Below the pieces are notes generated by a model, which saw only the letters and a program-made list of their open reading frames with translations, had not been told where the DNA came from and searched no databases. This document shows positions 47,770-56,543 of a stretch of 64,000 nt of DNA, piece by piece; the stretch's first letter is position 1, and each line of letters starts with the position of its first letter. The stretch lies in the NCBI GenBank assembly GCA_003135635.1, contig PLCJ01000001.1, positions 8,836-72,835 on the forward strand. Direction: 5' to 3'. Origin of the DNA: Candidatus Adlerbacteria bacterium. Its GTDB lineage: Bacteria; Patescibacteriota; Minisyncoccia; Phycocordibacterales; SBAW01. Both the position numbers and the translations under genes were made by a program.

Positions 47770-48780
47770 CTAAAGATCAAGAATATGCCGCGCAAGTAGT
47801 GTGGAATCGTGACGAATAAGATCCTGCACAAGACCAGGCTTGCTTAAGAAATCCGCGCACACAATTTTTTCCGACCGCAAACGCACCCGCTCCTCAGCCC
47901 CCGCATCAAAGACAACCGGGAATGCTTTTTCTTTCGCCTGGTATGCCTGAAGCAACTTCTTCGGGATCACTCCACTATTAACGAGTACCGCGTCAAGACA
48001 ATCTCTCCCGATACCATAGGCAAAGAGCGTTTCAACAAAATCCGCAACGCTAAAATCTCTCGTTTCGGCATACTTCGTCATAATATTTGCAACGTATATA
48101 ACTCGCGCGGAGGAATCATGAATTGCTTCTGCGGCTCCCTCTACCAGAAGATTTGGGATAATGGAGGTGTAGAGGTCGCCCGGTCCCAACACAATGAGAT
48201 CGGCTTTCTGTATTGCCTCAGCTGCTTCACGGCAGATAAGCGCAGAGGGCTGAAGTGATACACGCACAATAGTGCGCGTATCATTGTACCCGCGCGTATC
48301 AATCGCTCCTTCACCTTCCAGAGAAGAGCCGTCGGAGAGCTCCGCCACCAAAGTAGCGTGATCTATTGAAATCGGCAGTACTTCTCCGTGGGCATCAAGG
48401 AGCCTGCTTATCCGACGAATGCCTTCAATCGGTCCCCACAATTGCTCCGCGGCAAGTAGCAGCACATTGCCTACGTTGTGTTCGGAAAGTCCCGAACCAT
48501 TTCCTTGAAAACGGTGGCTAAAAATTTCTCGCAGAGTATCGTACTCATCATTTGCCAGTGCCAAGATACACCGGCGAATATCTCCTTGGGGCAGTGAACC
48601 AAATTCATCGCGCAGCTTCCCAGTGCTCCCGCCGCTGTCAAACACCGTACAAATCGCCGTCGGTCGGCCAGGATACCGGTTGAGCCCGCGATTGACTATA
48701 AACCCACCGCTTCCGCCGCCGATGGTCACAATCCTTCGCTCTAATATGTGGGAGCTGCCCTGCATGCCTTTAGGATACAA
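47770..48780 (-). CDS. YvcK/UPF0052 (GlmR/CofD-related) family protein
   Basis: IGGGSG, DSGGSTGKLR, PQGDIRRC, GPGDLYTSIIPNLL, RHD. Confidence 0.9.
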   Translation of the reverse strand: MYPKGMQGSSHILERRIVTIGGGSGGFIVNRGLNRYPGRPTAICTVFDSGGSTGKLRDEFGSLPQGDIRRCILALANDEYDTLREIFSHRFQGNGSGLSEHNVGNVLLLAAEQLWGPIEGIRRISRLLDAHGEVLPISIDHATLVAELSDGSSLEGEGAIDTRGYNDTRTIVRVSLQPSALICREAAEAIQKADLIVLGPGDLYTSIIPNLLVEGAAEAIHDSSARVIYVANIMTKYAETRDFSVADFVETLFAYGIGRDCLDAVLVNSGVIPKKLLQAYQAKEKAFPVVFDAGAEERVRLRSEKIVCADFLSKPGLVQDLIRHDSTLLARHILDL

Positions 48781-48809
48781 CTATATACCTCCCCCTCGTG
48801 GTCACAGAA

Positions 48810-49280
48810 CTACCACGCAAAGTGCGCAAACGCTTTGTTCGCTTCAGCCATTTTATGCGTATCTTCGCGCTTTTTTACCGCCACTCCTTCATTATTGGAA
48901 GCCGAAAGAATTTCTTCAGCAAGACGTTTATGCATTGCCATGCCTTTGCGCGAACGGGCTGCGGTTAAAATCCATCGAAACGCAAGTGCTTGTTTGCGCT
49001 CAGAGCGGACTTCCCTTGGCACTTGATAGTTAGCACCCCCGACTCGGCGAGAGCGAATTTCCATAGTGGGACTTACATTGCGCAGCGCCGTTTCAAACAC
49101 TTCAACCGGATTTTCAACCTTTGCTTTCTCTTTGATCAGGTCAAATGCGTCATACACCACCTTGCGTGCAGTTGATTTCTTTCCATCCAACATCACCGAA
49201 TTGATAAATTTTTCAACCCGAAGTGATTGGTACTTGAGGTCAGGTTTAAGTTCGTGTTTTTTCTTAAGAGGTCTGCGCAT
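48810..49280 (-). CDS. rpsG: 30S ribosomal protein S7
   Basis: [22 protein letters not shown]. Confidence 0.98.
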   Translation of the reverse strand: MRRPLKKKHELKPDLKYQSLRVEKFINSVMLDGKKSTARKVVYDAFDLIKEKAKVENPVEVFETALRNVSPTMEIRSRRVGGANYQVPREVRSERKQALAFRWILTAARSRKGMAMHKRLAEEILSASNNEGVAVKKREDTHKMAEANKAFAHFAW

Positions 49281-49285
49281 ATGTC

Positions 49286-49702
49286 TTACTTATTTTTGGG
49301 CTTCTTACCCCCATAGCGGCTGCGAGAAACCCGCCGCTTCTCAAGGCCGGAAGCATCCAGACGGCCACGCACCACTTGATAGCGGACGTTAATATCTTTC
49401 ACCCGACCCGCGCGCACCATAACCACGGAGTGTTCCTGGAGATTATGGGTCTCGCCAGGAATATACGCAGTAATTTCTTGTCCGTTCGTGAGACGCACCC
49501 GAGCAATTTTTCGAATGGCAGAGTTTGGTTTGCGCGGTGTTTTGGTAGTCACCTTAGTACACACACCGCGTTTAAAGGGCGATGGGTAAAAAACAGGACG
49601 GTTTTTAACTGCATTAAAACCACGCCCGAGCGCCGGCGCTTTTGATTTTGATTTAATCATTCCCTTACGTCCGCTGCGAACTAGTTGTGAGATACGTGCC
49701 AT
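49286..49702 (-). CDS. rpsL: 30S ribosomal protein S12
   Basis: [20 protein letters not shown]. Confidence 0.97.
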   Translation of the reverse strand: MARISQLVRSGRKGMIKSKSKAPALGRGFNAVKNRPVFYPSPFKRGVCTKVTTKTPRKPNSAIRKIARVRLTNGQEITAYIPGETHNLQEHSVVMVRAGRVKDINVRYQVVRGRLDASGLEKRRVSRSRYGGKKPKNK

Positions 49703-49774
49703 ATTTTCTTAAATAAAATGCCCGCTGAGGTGCGTGCTTGCGCAGTGTACTATAGGCATACTGCTGACGCAACT

Positions 49775-50410
49775 CTACACAGCAACTCCAGTCAAAAGCG
49801 AAAATAGCCAGGAGAGAGCTGCGGTAAAAAAAGGAGAAAGCGCATAAAAAATAATAAGTATGAGAAGCATGCCAGGAAGGAGTCCGATGCGTTCAAAATT
49901 GCTGCGAAACATGGCGTAGGTCTGGGAAAGCCCCGAAGGCAATATGCCGGAAAGTACTTTGGAGCCATCAAAGGGTGGTATAGGGATGAGGTTAAAGAGA
50001 GCAAGAAGCATGTTGATATAAACAATGGCAGCAAACGCGCTTAGCATGGGTGCGCTCATTGCCACTGCTCCAAAACGAATGGTGAGGCCGAATATAAGCG
50101 CGATGCAAATGTTTGTCCCTGGCCCCGCAAATGCGACCAGCGTTTCGTCATACCGGCCAGGTAAATTATCAGGATTGTATGGTACTGGTTTTGCGTAGCC
50201 GATCAGTATAGGAGAGCCGGTCAACCCTAAGAAAAGGGGCAAAATGATCGAGCCGATGGGATCAATATGTGGAAGAGGGTTTAGAGTAAGTCGGCCCATA
50301 AGTCTTGCGGTCGGATCTCCCAACATATCTGCAACGTACCCATGAGCGACTTCATGGAGAATGACGGAAACAATAAGCACCACAAGCCCGAATACAATTT
50401 CTATTTGCAT
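49775..50410 (-). CDS. site-2 protease (M50)
   Basis: HEVAH, GDPTA, AGP, FNLIPIPPFDG. Confidence 0.92.
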   Translation of the reverse strand: MQIEIVFGLVVLIVSVILHEVAHGYVADMLGDPTARLMGRLTLNPLPHIDPIGSIILPLFLGLTGSPILIGYAKPVPYNPDNLPGRYDETLVAFAGPGTNICIALIFGLTIRFGAVAMSAPMLSAFAAIVYINMLLALFNLIPIPPFDGSKVLSGILPSGLSQTYAMFRSNFERIGLLPGMLLILIIFYALSPFFTAALSWLFSLLTGVAV

Positions 50411-50447
50411 AATGTACAAAAAATGATACCATAATTTGCTTAACTAT

Positions 50448-50690
50448 ATGGCAAAAATCTGTCCCATCACGAAAAAAGGTTCGAAAGTCGCCGGCGGCTA
50501 TAGTAACCGCGTGCGTGCTACAAAATTCAATCCAACGGGATCTGTACGCAAACAGCCAAATATGCAGAAGAAGCGCATTTTTGTACCTGAACTGAATCGC
50601 ACCATCGTCGTAACCCTTTCTACGAAAGGGATGCGAACCCTTACAAAAAACGGCGTCTACAATACTTTAAAAAAAGCTGGGGTGATATAA
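50448..50690 (+). CDS. rpmB: 50S ribosomal protein L28
   Basis: MAKICPITKK...PNMQKKRIF. Confidence 0.85.
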   Translation: MAKICPITKKGSKVAGGYSNRVRATKFNPTGSVRKQPNMQKKRIFVPELNRTIVVTLSTKGMRTLTKNGVYNTLKKAGVI

Positions 50691-50729
50691 CCCGACACTT
50701 GACAAATATTGTGCTGTTGTTTAATATAG

Positions 50730-50915
50730 CGCGCAGAGGTTGGGTTGTGTTGCCCCACTTCCTTGGGAAATCTCCCAAGTGGTGGGCACGTGCTGCACAG
50801 TCATAGGTGGGAGACCCGATGCGGTTTCCAGTCCAGACATCCCTTGGATGTCGACACACACACTTCACAACCTATGGGGACCTCGGCTGCGTCAGCAACC
50901 GGGGTCCTTTATTAT
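50730..50915 (+). ncRNA. candidate multi-stem small RNA or regulatory leader with terminator, upstream of sod
   Basis: TTGACA at 50699; closing stem GGGTTGTG/CACAACCT enclosing three hairpins; terminator ggacctcgg/ccggggtcc-ttt. Confidence 0.55.
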
Positions 50916-50997
50916 TTACATATAGTAATTACTTTATTCATAAAATTTTAAAAAGTGTATACTTAGAAATGAACACTACTAGTAATAAACAACTTCT

Positions 50998-51591
50998 ATG
51001 GCATACGAAGAAAAAAAATTTAATCTCCCCGACCTCATAGATATTTCAAAAGAAAGTGTCATTGCGCATCTTGGTCTCTACGCAGGATATGTAAAAAACT
51101 GCAATGCACTCATGAGCCTGGAGAAAGAACTTCGGGGGGACGCCGCCAGCAATACACATGCTCTTGCTGAAGTTGTACGCCGGTTTGCTTTTGAATTTGA
51201 TGGCATGCGCATGCATGAATACTACTTTCAACAGTGGGAAGAGGGAGCAAACGCGCTTGATGGTGCTGGCGCCCTGGGCAGCGCACTCATACAGCAGTTC
51301 GGCAGCATTGTGGAGTTTGAGAAACAGCTCCGTAGTGTCGGTATGATGCGCGGTGTCGGTTGGGCAGTACTCTTTTTTGATCCGGCAAGCAGCCTCTTCC
51401 ACATCGTGTGGGTGGGCGAGCACATGCAAGGACATTTGGCTGGAGTGCCTATCATTTGCGGGCTTGATGTATGGGAGCACGCCTATATTGCCCAGTTTGG
51501 AGCGGGGGGACGAAATGCCTATATTGACGCTTTCTTCAAAAATCTTAATTGGAAAGTAATGGAGAAGCGCTTTAGTGCCGCGATAAAATAA
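50998..51591 (+). CDS. sod: Fe/Mn superoxide dismutase family protein
   Basis: AHLGLYAGYV, GMRMHEYYF, GVGWA, LDVWEHAY. Confidence 0.88.
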   Translation: MAYEEKKFNLPDLIDISKESVIAHLGLYAGYVKNCNALMSLEKELRGDAASNTHALAEVVRRFAFEFDGMRMHEYYFQQWEEGANALDGAGALGSALIQQFGSIVEFEKQLRSVGMMRGVGWAVLFFDPASSLFHIVWVGEHMQGHLAGVPIICGLDVWEHAYIAQFGAGGRNAYIDAFFKNLNWKVMEKRFSAAIK

Positions 51592-51608
51592 ACACGCGTT
51601 GTGGGACG

Positions 51609-52040
51609 CTAGTGATGCCCATCAATCGCCGCATTCACTAATGTGTCGGCGTGCGTATTTTTCTCCCGCCCCACATGGGTAAAGATTACATTTGGCATAT
51701 GCTCAAGGCGCACCGTAGCGACACGCGCAAATAGTTTTTTGAGTGTTGCATCTTTCACCTTATAAATTCCATTGAGCTGCCGTACGGCAAGCTCACTATC
51801 CATACACACCTCAATCTTCATAGACCTGAGTTTTTCTCCAAATAACTCCACTACCGCAGTGAGCGCGCGAATAAGCGCTTCATATTCGGCAACGTTGTTT
51901 GTCGTCTCGCCAATGTAGTCTGATATCTCTTTCAGTACCTTTCCTTCCCCATCAAGAATCACTGCGCCCACGCCGGCGGGCCCCGGATTGCCACGCGCGC
52001 CTCCGTCGGTATATATGGTTATTGCTTCCATGTGCTTCAC
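51609..52040 (-). CDS. rnhA: ribonuclease HI
   Basis: YTDGGARGNPGPAG, TNNVAEYEAL, DSEL. Confidence 0.92.
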   Translation of the reverse strand: MKHMEAITIYTDGGARGNPGPAGVGAVILDGEGKVLKEISDYIGETTNNVAEYEALIRALTAVVELFGEKLRSMKIEVCMDSELAVRQLNGIYKVKDATLKKLFARVATVRLEHMPNVIFTHVGREKNTHADTLVNAAIDGHH

Positions 52041-52052
52041 TATATCCCCAAG

Positions 52053-53705
52053 TTATAGCAAGTCGACGACCCGAACGCGCACACCGCCGCGCCAATCAGT
52101 TTCTATGTGACCCACGACATCAAACCGCTCCCCCACTCGCGCAGGTTTTGTAAATGAGTTTGGTGTCGAAAAAAAGGCTATACCTGAAACTTGATCAGTA
52201 TCTGCGCTCAGTGTAAGCGCGAGGTGATCTTTTGCTTTACCAAAGGTGCGTGCTCCTGCAATTGAGACTCGAGGAAAGAGAAACAGCGGCTTTGGATTTC
52301 CTTGGCCAAAGGGGGCGAGCTGTTTCACGATGCGATGCGCATGCGTAATTTCATGGAGCGGAAGCTCCCGCTCAACAATGGTATCGGGAAGAGGTGTGGG
52401 AGATGTGCGCATCTCTTCATATGCGCTTTGGAGTCTGCCGCTGAGTTCATGTACTCGTTCTTGGGAAACGGAAAAACCGCCTGATGCATAGTGTCCTCCA
52501 AAATCATCAAACACATCCCGTGCAGCACTCATAAGTGCAACGACGTTGAGTGAACCGTCAGAGCGGCATGAACCACGAACCATCGTGCCACCCTCTCGAC
52601 CCCATAAAAATACTGGCTTGCGGTGTACCGCGACTAGTGAATTGGCAACCAGACCAAGCACCCCGGGGCGCCAACGAGGATTTCCCATGATGATGATGGG
52701 GCTTTCTATAGCGCCGCTCAGAAGTCGTTTGTTTACTTCTTTTACCGTCGTCGCCACAGCACCTTTGCGCTTGTCGTTGAGTCTCTGGAGTGTTTGGGCA
52801 AGTTCGCGTGCTTCCTCTGCGTCTTTTGTTGCAAGGAGATGAGCCGCTGTCTCTGGAGCATCCATGCGCGATGCTGCGTTTATGCGTGGCGCAATCATGA
52901 AGCCAATATCATCTTCCGTGAGCGTAGAGGCACGGATGCGCAGCAAGCTCATAAGAGCTGCAATACCCGGCCTGCGACCGCGTTTCATAACCAAGAGACC
53001 GTAGTGCGCGAGCATACGATTTTCTCCTACGAGCGGAACCATGTCAGAGAGCGTTGCAAGCCCAACTAAATCAAGAAGCCATTTCTCTTGGCCCTCGGCG
53101 ATACCAAAACGCTCCCCCCGGAGCATCCCTTGCACGAGCTTCCATGCAACTCCCGCGCCGCACAAGCTATCAAAAGGATAAGTGCTGTCGGGTCGCTTCG
53201 GATTAATTATTGCATAGGCCTCCGGCAGAGACCCAGAGACTAAATGGTGGTCAGTAATAATGATTTCGATATTTTTTTCTTTTGCAAAAAGAACCGGCTC
53301 GACATCACTTATGCCAAGATCAACAGTGATTACCAAAGAAATACCCTCCCTAGCCAGTTGTGCAAGACCGTTCTCATTGAGACCATACCCTTCTGCGTGT
53401 CGATGCGGGATATAGTGTCTGACTTCAAGACCGATGCTGCGTAAAAACTCTACCAGCATGACACCTCCGGGAATGCCGTCGCAGTCGTAGTCGCTCCATA
53501 CGGCAATCTTTTCGCCACGCACCAGTGCATGTTTGATACGCTCTACCGCTTTTTCCATATCAGGAAGAAGAAATGGATCATGAGAATCACGCGTAAAATC
53601 AGGCTCAAGAAAACGCGTTTGTGTTTCTTCAGTTATAAGCCCTCGCGCGCGTAGAAGATCGGTGAGTAATTCGGGATGGAATACTTCTCGCACGCGATAT
53701 ATCAT
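52053..53705 (-). CDS. recJ: single-stranded-DNA exonuclease RecJ
   Basis: DYDCDG, TDHH, APRINAASR, GGH motifs. Confidence 0.93.
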   Translation of the reverse strand: MIYRVREVFHPELLTDLLRARGLITEETQTRFLEPDFTRDSHDPFLLPDMEKAVERIKHALVRGEKIAVWSDYDCDGIPGGVMLVEFLRSIGLEVRHYIPHRHAEGYGLNENGLAQLAREGISLVITVDLGISDVEPVLFAKEKNIEIIITDHHLVSGSLPEAYAIINPKRPDSTYPFDSLCGAGVAWKLVQGMLRGERFGIAEGQEKWLLDLVGLATLSDMVPLVGENRMLAHYGLLVMKRGRRPGIAALMSLLRIRASTLTEDDIGFMIAPRINAASRMDAPETAAHLLATKDAEEARELAQTLQRLNDKRKGAVATTVKEVNKRLLSGAIESPIIIMGNPRWRPGVLGLVANSLVAVHRKPVFLWGREGGTMVRGSCRSDGSLNVVALMSAARDVFDDFGGHYASGGFSVSQERVHELSGRLQSAYEEMRTSPTPLPDTIVERELPLHEITHAHRIVKQLAPFGQGNPKPLFLFPRVSIAGARTFGKAKDHLALTLSADTDQVSGIAFFSTPNSFTKPARVGERFDVVGHIETDWRGGVRVRVVDLL

Positions 53706-53729
53706 AAGATTCAAGTATACTAGAGATGC

Positions 53730-54119
53730 ATGGATTGTATTTTTTGCAAAATCGTCGCTGGAGAAATTCCTTGCGATCGTATCTATGAAGACACCGAGGT
53801 GCTCGCATTTCTTGACATCCACCCCAAGACGCCGGGGCATACTCTGGTCATACCCAAAACTCATTCTGAAAATATCTACGACATACACTCTCAATCCTTA
53901 ACAGCGATAATGAGTAGCGCACAAAAAATCGCGTGCGCTATAAAAACTGCCCTAGCGGTTGATGGTATTAATGTCATTATGAATAACGGAGCTGCCGCCG
54001 GTCAGATTGTCTTTCACGCACACCTACATGTTATTGCGCGCTTTGCAGCGGGAAGCAACACTTCTCGCCATGAAGAGCTTGGAATCGTTGCCTCAAAAAT
54101 TAGAGAAGCACTTTTATAA
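53730..54119 (+). CDS. HIT family nucleotide hydrolase
   Basis: DCIFCKI, GHTLVIPK, HAHLH. Confidence 0.93.
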   Translation: MDCIFCKIVAGEIPCDRIYEDTEVLAFLDIHPKTPGHTLVIPKTHSENIYDIHSQSLTAIMSSAQKIACAIKTALAVDGINVIMNNGAAAGQIVFHAHLHVIARFAAGSNTSRHEELGIVASKIREALL

Positions 54120-54216
54120 CCCTATAGAAGGTTTATCATTCAATGAGCACAAAGGAGCACCGAGAGGGCGTACCCAATCGGTGCTCTTGTTTAACGCTGA
54201 TCAGTTACCAGACTGT

Positions 54217-54435
54217 TTAACGGGTTGGCCTTCGGCCGTCATTGCGATCTTGAATCGCCGCCGACCTTTCTTCATCGGGGAGCATTTCGCCGCTTGTTGG
54301 ACAACGAACGAAACTGCTACCTCTGCCGTGGTGGGTAATTTTAGGACCGAGGCTCAATGAGCTTCTCACCGAAGCCATCGTACTAGCTCGATCTGGATCT
54401 ACAGCATTTCTGCTGTTGGAGTCGTTGTCATCCAC
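54217..54435 (-). CDS. small hypothetical protein (ORFan cassette)
   Basis: TTGACA-16-TATTCT promoter at 54510-54483, GAAAGGG before GTG, terminator at 54155-54186. Confidence 0.5.
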   Translation of the reverse strand: MDDNDSNSRNAVDPDRASTMASVRSSLSLGPKITHHGRGSSFVRCPTSGEMLPDEERSAAIQDRNDGRRPTR

Positions 54436-54639
54436 GGATAACCCTTTCAGCGATCATTGTGCAAAAAGATTGCACTGAAAAAAGAATACGATACGAGATT
54501 TAATTGTCAATGTGGATATTAACTTCATGTTAGCGAGACTCAAATCTATAACCTTCACTAGTTACGAAATGATTTCACGAGTTTGCTTCCAGAACTTTTA
54601 GAAAAAGAGAAAGGAAGTTCTGAATATTCCTCAGTGTCT

Positions 54640-55773
54640 TCAGTTTTGTCTGAGCGCTTCAATACCAACGAGAGTTCCCGCCGTTAAAAAGGCAAGCATA
54701 GCCCCACCGCCAGTTGAGAGAAACACACGTTTTGGATCAAAAGAAAACTTCTGAAGTGCCGCAAGTGTGTCTCCGCCTCCAACCACGCCGACGCCCGTTG
54801 CCCTTGTCAGCGCTTCAGCAAGTGCATCGGTGCCTGAGACAAAACCAAGCTCATATACACCAACTGGGCCATTCCATAAAATAAATGGTGCAGTAGAAAT
54901 TTCCTTGCCCCATTCTTGCGCAGTGATCGGGCCAATATCATCGATTTGCTCGGCTTTATGTACATTGTTTATATACGCTTCCCGTTCGGCATTTGCACCT
55001 TCATCTTTAAATACAGCATCTACCGGCACCACCAGTCGTTCATTTTGCGCAAGCTCAACGGGAATGGGAGTTGAGGAAATAACTGAGCTTCCAATGGGAG
55101 CGCCGCGAACCTTCAGCACATCGTTTGCAAGCGCGCCGCCAAGAAAAATCTTTTCGTAGGAAGAGAGTAGTTTGCTGATGAGGGGTTCTTTTGTTTGAAA
55201 TTTTGCCCCACCGATGATAGCAAGCGCGTGGGGAGGAGGAGTGAGCGCCGGGGAAAGTCGTGCAATTTCCTCGGCCATCAAAAAGCCACAGTAGGAAGGC
55301 AGGAGTGGGGGTATGCCGATGATTGATGCATGTCCTCGATGCGAATCGGCAAATGCATCGTTTACATAGATGTCACCGAGGCTTGCAAACGCCTCCGCAA
55401 GCTTAGAGTCATTGCTTTCTTCCCCCGCGTTGCGTCGCACATTTTCAAGTACCAGGCACTCACCATCAAGAAGCTTCTTTATCTCTGCCTTTGCGGCGCT
55501 CAGCGCTCCAGGAAAAAATTTGACCGGCACTCCCGAAATGAGGCTTGAGAGCGCAGTGACAATGGGCTCAAGTGTGGCTCCTTCACTGCCCAAATGAGCA
55601 AGGATAACAATACGCGCTCCATGTTCATGCAACCATAAGATAGTAGGCAGTGCTGCTTTGAGGCGAAATAGGTCACCAGGGGCACCATTAAGGAGCGGCA
55701 CATTAAGACTGGTGCGCAGAAGCACCCGCTTGCCGCGGACCTCGGCCGAGGAAATAATTTTTACTTCTTGCAT
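54640..55773 (-). CDS. pgk: phosphoglycerate kinase
   Basis: LNVP, AHLG, LENVR, NDAFADSHRGHAS, STGGGA. Confidence 0.95.
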   Translation of the reverse strand: MQEVKIISSAEVRGKRVLLRTSLNVPLLNGAPGDLFRLKAALPTILWLHEHGARIVILAHLGSEGATLEPIVTALSSLISGVPVKFFPGALSAAKAEIKKLLDGECLVLENVRRNAGEESNDSKLAEAFASLGDIYVNDAFADSHRGHASIIGIPPLLPSYCGFLMAEEIARLSPALTPPPHALAIIGGAKFQTKEPLISKLLSSYEKIFLGGALANDVLKVRGAPIGSSVISSTPIPVELAQNERLVVPVDAVFKDEGANAEREAYINNVHKAEQIDDIGPITAQEWGKEISTAPFILWNGPVGVYELGFVSGTDALAEALTRATGVGVVGGGDTLAALQKFSFDPKRVFLSTGGGAMLAFLTAGTLVGIEALRQN

Positions 55774-56537
55774 GCAGAGAGTATCTCGATAAATGATTCT
55801 ATCTCAGCGCTTGCGTGCCCAACCAAAAAACCCGAGACCCCACCTTCTTGCATAAGCAAGTGGGCATTTTGAGGCTCAATCGAACCACCATAGAGAACCG
55901 GCACTCCGCGCGCTGACTCGCGGCCTAAAATATCGACAAGAATTTTCCGGATGAAAATTTGCATCTCTTGAAGTTCACCAGGGTTCATTGCGTCTTGTGC
56001 GGTCTTCCCGATCGCCCAGACCGGCTCATAGGCAATCATCAGTTTACGAGTTGCACTGCGCGGAAAGTCGGAAAGCGCTGACGATAATTGCGAAGAAATA
56101 ACTTCAAAATAGGATCCATTGTGATCATGTTCCCGCTCCCCTATGCACAGCACTGCCGTAAGACCCGCTTGTATGGTCTGCAAAAGTTCTTCATGAATGA
56201 GTGCGTCTGTCTCCCCGAGCGCACGACGATCAGAATGTCCTACAAGCACAAACGAAGCGCCAGTCTGTTTTAGCATAGTGGCCGAGACATCGCCCGTATG
56301 CGCGCCCGCTTTGTGGGCGGAGACTGTTTGTGCCCCCAGGCGCACCGAAGTATTTTTAAGCGTGGGTTGCAGAAGTGAAAGGAGTGTAAAAGGAGGAGCT
56401 ACCCATACCTCAAGACCCCGAAAGAGGCGAGCGCGTCGCGTAAGCGTCAGAGCAAATTTCTTTGCTTCACTCGGCGAGGCAATATACATCTTCCAATTAC
56501 CAATAACAAAACGTTTTTTCACCCCCCAACTATACAA
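55761..56537 (-). CDS. tpiA: triosephosphate isomerase
   Basis: GNWKM, GHSDRR, AYEPVWAIG, LYGGS. Confidence 0.95.
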   Translation of the reverse strand: MYSWGVKKRFVIGNWKMYIASPSEAKKFALTLTRRARLFRGLEVWVAPPFTLLSLLQPTLKNTSVRLGAQTVSAHKAGAHTGDVSATMLKQTGASFVLVGHSDRRALGETDALIHEELLQTIQAGLTAVLCIGEREHDHNGSYFEVISSQLSSALSDFPRSATRKLMIAYEPVWAIGKTAQDAMNPGELQEMQIFIRKILVDILGRESARGVPVLYGGSIEPQNAHLLMQEGGVSGFLVGHASAEIESFIEILSACKK

Positions 56538-56543
56538 TTCTTA

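Noticed and set aside
50740-51040. Three short plus-strand ORFs before sod
   Set aside because: They lack an RBS, cross a strong terminator and are better explained as a structured RNA.
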